A stretch of 64,000 nucleotides of DNA from Octopus sinensis (lineage: Eukaryota): the NCBI RefSeq assembly GCF_006345805.1, contig NW_021833262.1:1-64000 (forward strand), read 5' to 3'. Positions 62,343 through 64,000 of this stretch are shown piece by piece. Positions within the stretch are counted from its first letter, which is position 1, and every line of letters begins with the position of its first letter. The position numbers and the translations under genes are program-made. The notes under the pieces are model-generated. The model made no database searches and was not told the origin of the DNA. It saw nothing but the letters and a program-made list of their open reading frames with translations.

Positions 62343-63328
62343 TCTTCTAATCCTCATTTTGAGTTATTATACAAACAATATATACTGCCTACAATTGAAC
62401 ACGCATGTGCGTCATGGATCAGCCATTGTTAATATTCGCACAAAACAAACTGGAAGTCTTACAGAACCAGTGCTTACGGATTTTACTGAAACGTGATAAA
62501 ATGACGCCGACTTCGGAATTGAGAAATACACTCAACGTCAAAAAATTAATGGACCATTTTACAGAAAGACAGCACACCTTCTTAACGATGGCAAGATCTA
62601 CCGGAGGTCCCCTTGAAGAGGAGTATCTTGCCTATGAGAAGTGTGCTAGGAAATTTGAAAAAAACCATCTCCCTTTTGACGTTGATTAAGAACTCGAGAC
62701 AAAGAAAAGATAAAAGGAGATGCACTGACACCGGGATCACTTAATTAGACGATTAATATTCTTCTTTCCTGTGTTCCCGGGGTTAAATAATAATATGAAG
62801 ACTCTGGAGATTATCTCGTTTAATGCTTGCCGATCTTGTCTTTTCCTAACATTTAGTCAACGAAAAGCGCTGGAATGCACCTTCTCGGAGGTCCAAAGTG
62901 CCGGAGAAGAGGAGGAAAAGGAAAGAAAGTAAGTGCCATTTTCTGTTCACTTCTAAGACTTTGGGTTTATCACTTGGACGCGATTTACCTAAATGGAAAG
63001 TTGACTTCTTTAAGAAAGCCTATTTTCTGTCGTCAAACAATGCATTAAAATTTATTATATTAAGAATATGCCCCTCTTCAAATATTAGACGTTTTTGATG
63101 AGTTCTTTCCATCCACATTATGAAGACGTAGATTAGGTGGTCTCGCTAGAAATCCAAAAAGAATTTTGTGCACAAAACAGATGTAATACCATTACACTAA
63201 CTCCTATTTATAAAAGAAGTGAGCTTTCCTTTTCTTGACACTTATTTTTGATAAAGTTATTTTTTAATAATACTTGGAGACTTTAAGTTTTTTTAACTAA
63301 CTTTGAAAAAAACTTTGATGTTAAATAT

Positions 63329-64000
63329 TGTCGTAAGTTATAGCGTCCGGGCCAGTTCTAAGTGTCCGGAGTGATAAATCGGATTTATCACTCCAAATCA
63401 TTATGATTTTGGGAATAAATTTTATTTGTGTCGCCTAATTTTGGTTAAATAACGTCCTATACGGGGATACGGATGAAATTATTGGTAAAATGTACCCGCA
63501 TGTTTTTCTGGTAGGCAAAAAAATTGTGCATGGTCATTCGCGTTAGAGAATAAAACATCACAAAGCATCTATAATGCAATTGAGAGTTTATTCCAGACTG
63601 TCGGTCCTCCAATTTATTTTCATTCGGACAATGGAAAGGAATTCCGCAACAAAGAAGTTTCAAAACTTCTTGATGATTGGAAAATAACTCCGATATATGG
63701 AAGACCAAGGCACCCACAATCTCAAGGACAAATAGAAAGATATAACCAAACTCTCAAACGTTGGTTGGGGAAGACTTTGTTCGCAACAGAATCTATAAGG
63801 TGGAGAGAAATTCTACAGAAGGTGGTGTATAACTACAACATAACTTGTCATCGCGCAACTGGAAAGTCACCATTTTTGTTAGTCTCTTTTTATTTACCCA
63901 GTCTATTTTACGGAATAACGGGTTTTAATATTTTGCCATGTGGAGGCGCAGAAGAAGAGATTAACTCAGAATCGGAAGAAACGGAATTATCCTTAGAAGT
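63329..64000 (+). mobile_element. Ginger-like element, left end and integrase core (runs off window)
   Basis: Starts TGTC..TTATAGC, resembling the 60711 TIR. Open frame HSDNGKEF..PRHPQSQGQIERYNQ..YNITCHRATGKSPF to the window end. Putative 24-nt intron at 63878-63901. Confidence 0.85.
63368..63394. repeat. Perfect 27-bp palindrome
   Basis: GGAGTGATAAATC-G-GATTTATCACTCC (13-bp arms). Confidence 0.9.

Larger units (their letters stand above)
60240..62793 (+). mobile_element. Internally deleted Jockey/I-group LINE hosting a Ginger insertion
   Basis: IPSLWKKSLIHPIPKK, LGITFD and LLYKQYILPTIEHA motifs, (TAA) tail, and 16-bp TSD TATGAAG(G/A)CTCTGGAG at 60224-60239 and 62794-62809. Confidence 0.85.

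Noticed and set aside
288-63717. Most short ORFs in the supplied track antisense to or overlapping called features (e.g. 374-601, 2985-3194, 5774-6016, 34481-34882, 58960-59190, 63457-63717)
   Set aside because: They are shadow frames of real genes or transposons and have no independent motifs.

Overview
AT-rich, gene-dense eukaryotic (animal) genomic DNA in the standard genetic code, with extremely short GT-AG introns (mostly 21-33 nt where I could resolve them). Tiny introns, metazoan-type genes and a ciliary IFT-A gene suggest a dicyemid-like compact animal genome; this is inference only. Host genes recognised: KCNN (SK channel), RPS8, WDR35, mitochondrial release factor, NIM1K, WDR26, SKP2, a La-motif protein, V-ATPase subunit E, RAD17, ZC3H14, a degenerate GH20-like gene, several orphans, tRNA-Leu(CAA) and tRNA-Phe(GAA). 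A large part of the window is transposon debris, often with exact termini and target-site duplications (TSDs): nested Buster-type hATs and MITEs, two pogo/Tigger copies, four Ginger-like integrase elements, APE-type LINEs and about nine CRE-clade (RLE) retrotransposon fragments. There are two main leads. (1) Transposase/integrase genes of three unrelated DNA-transposon superfamilies carry host-type 21-33 nt introns, at positions not shared between related elements. (2) Both tRNA genes have a convergent CRE-like 3' end about 35 bp downstream. All assignments are by eye from motifs, with no database search. Ends of multi-exon genes are approximate unless stated otherwise.
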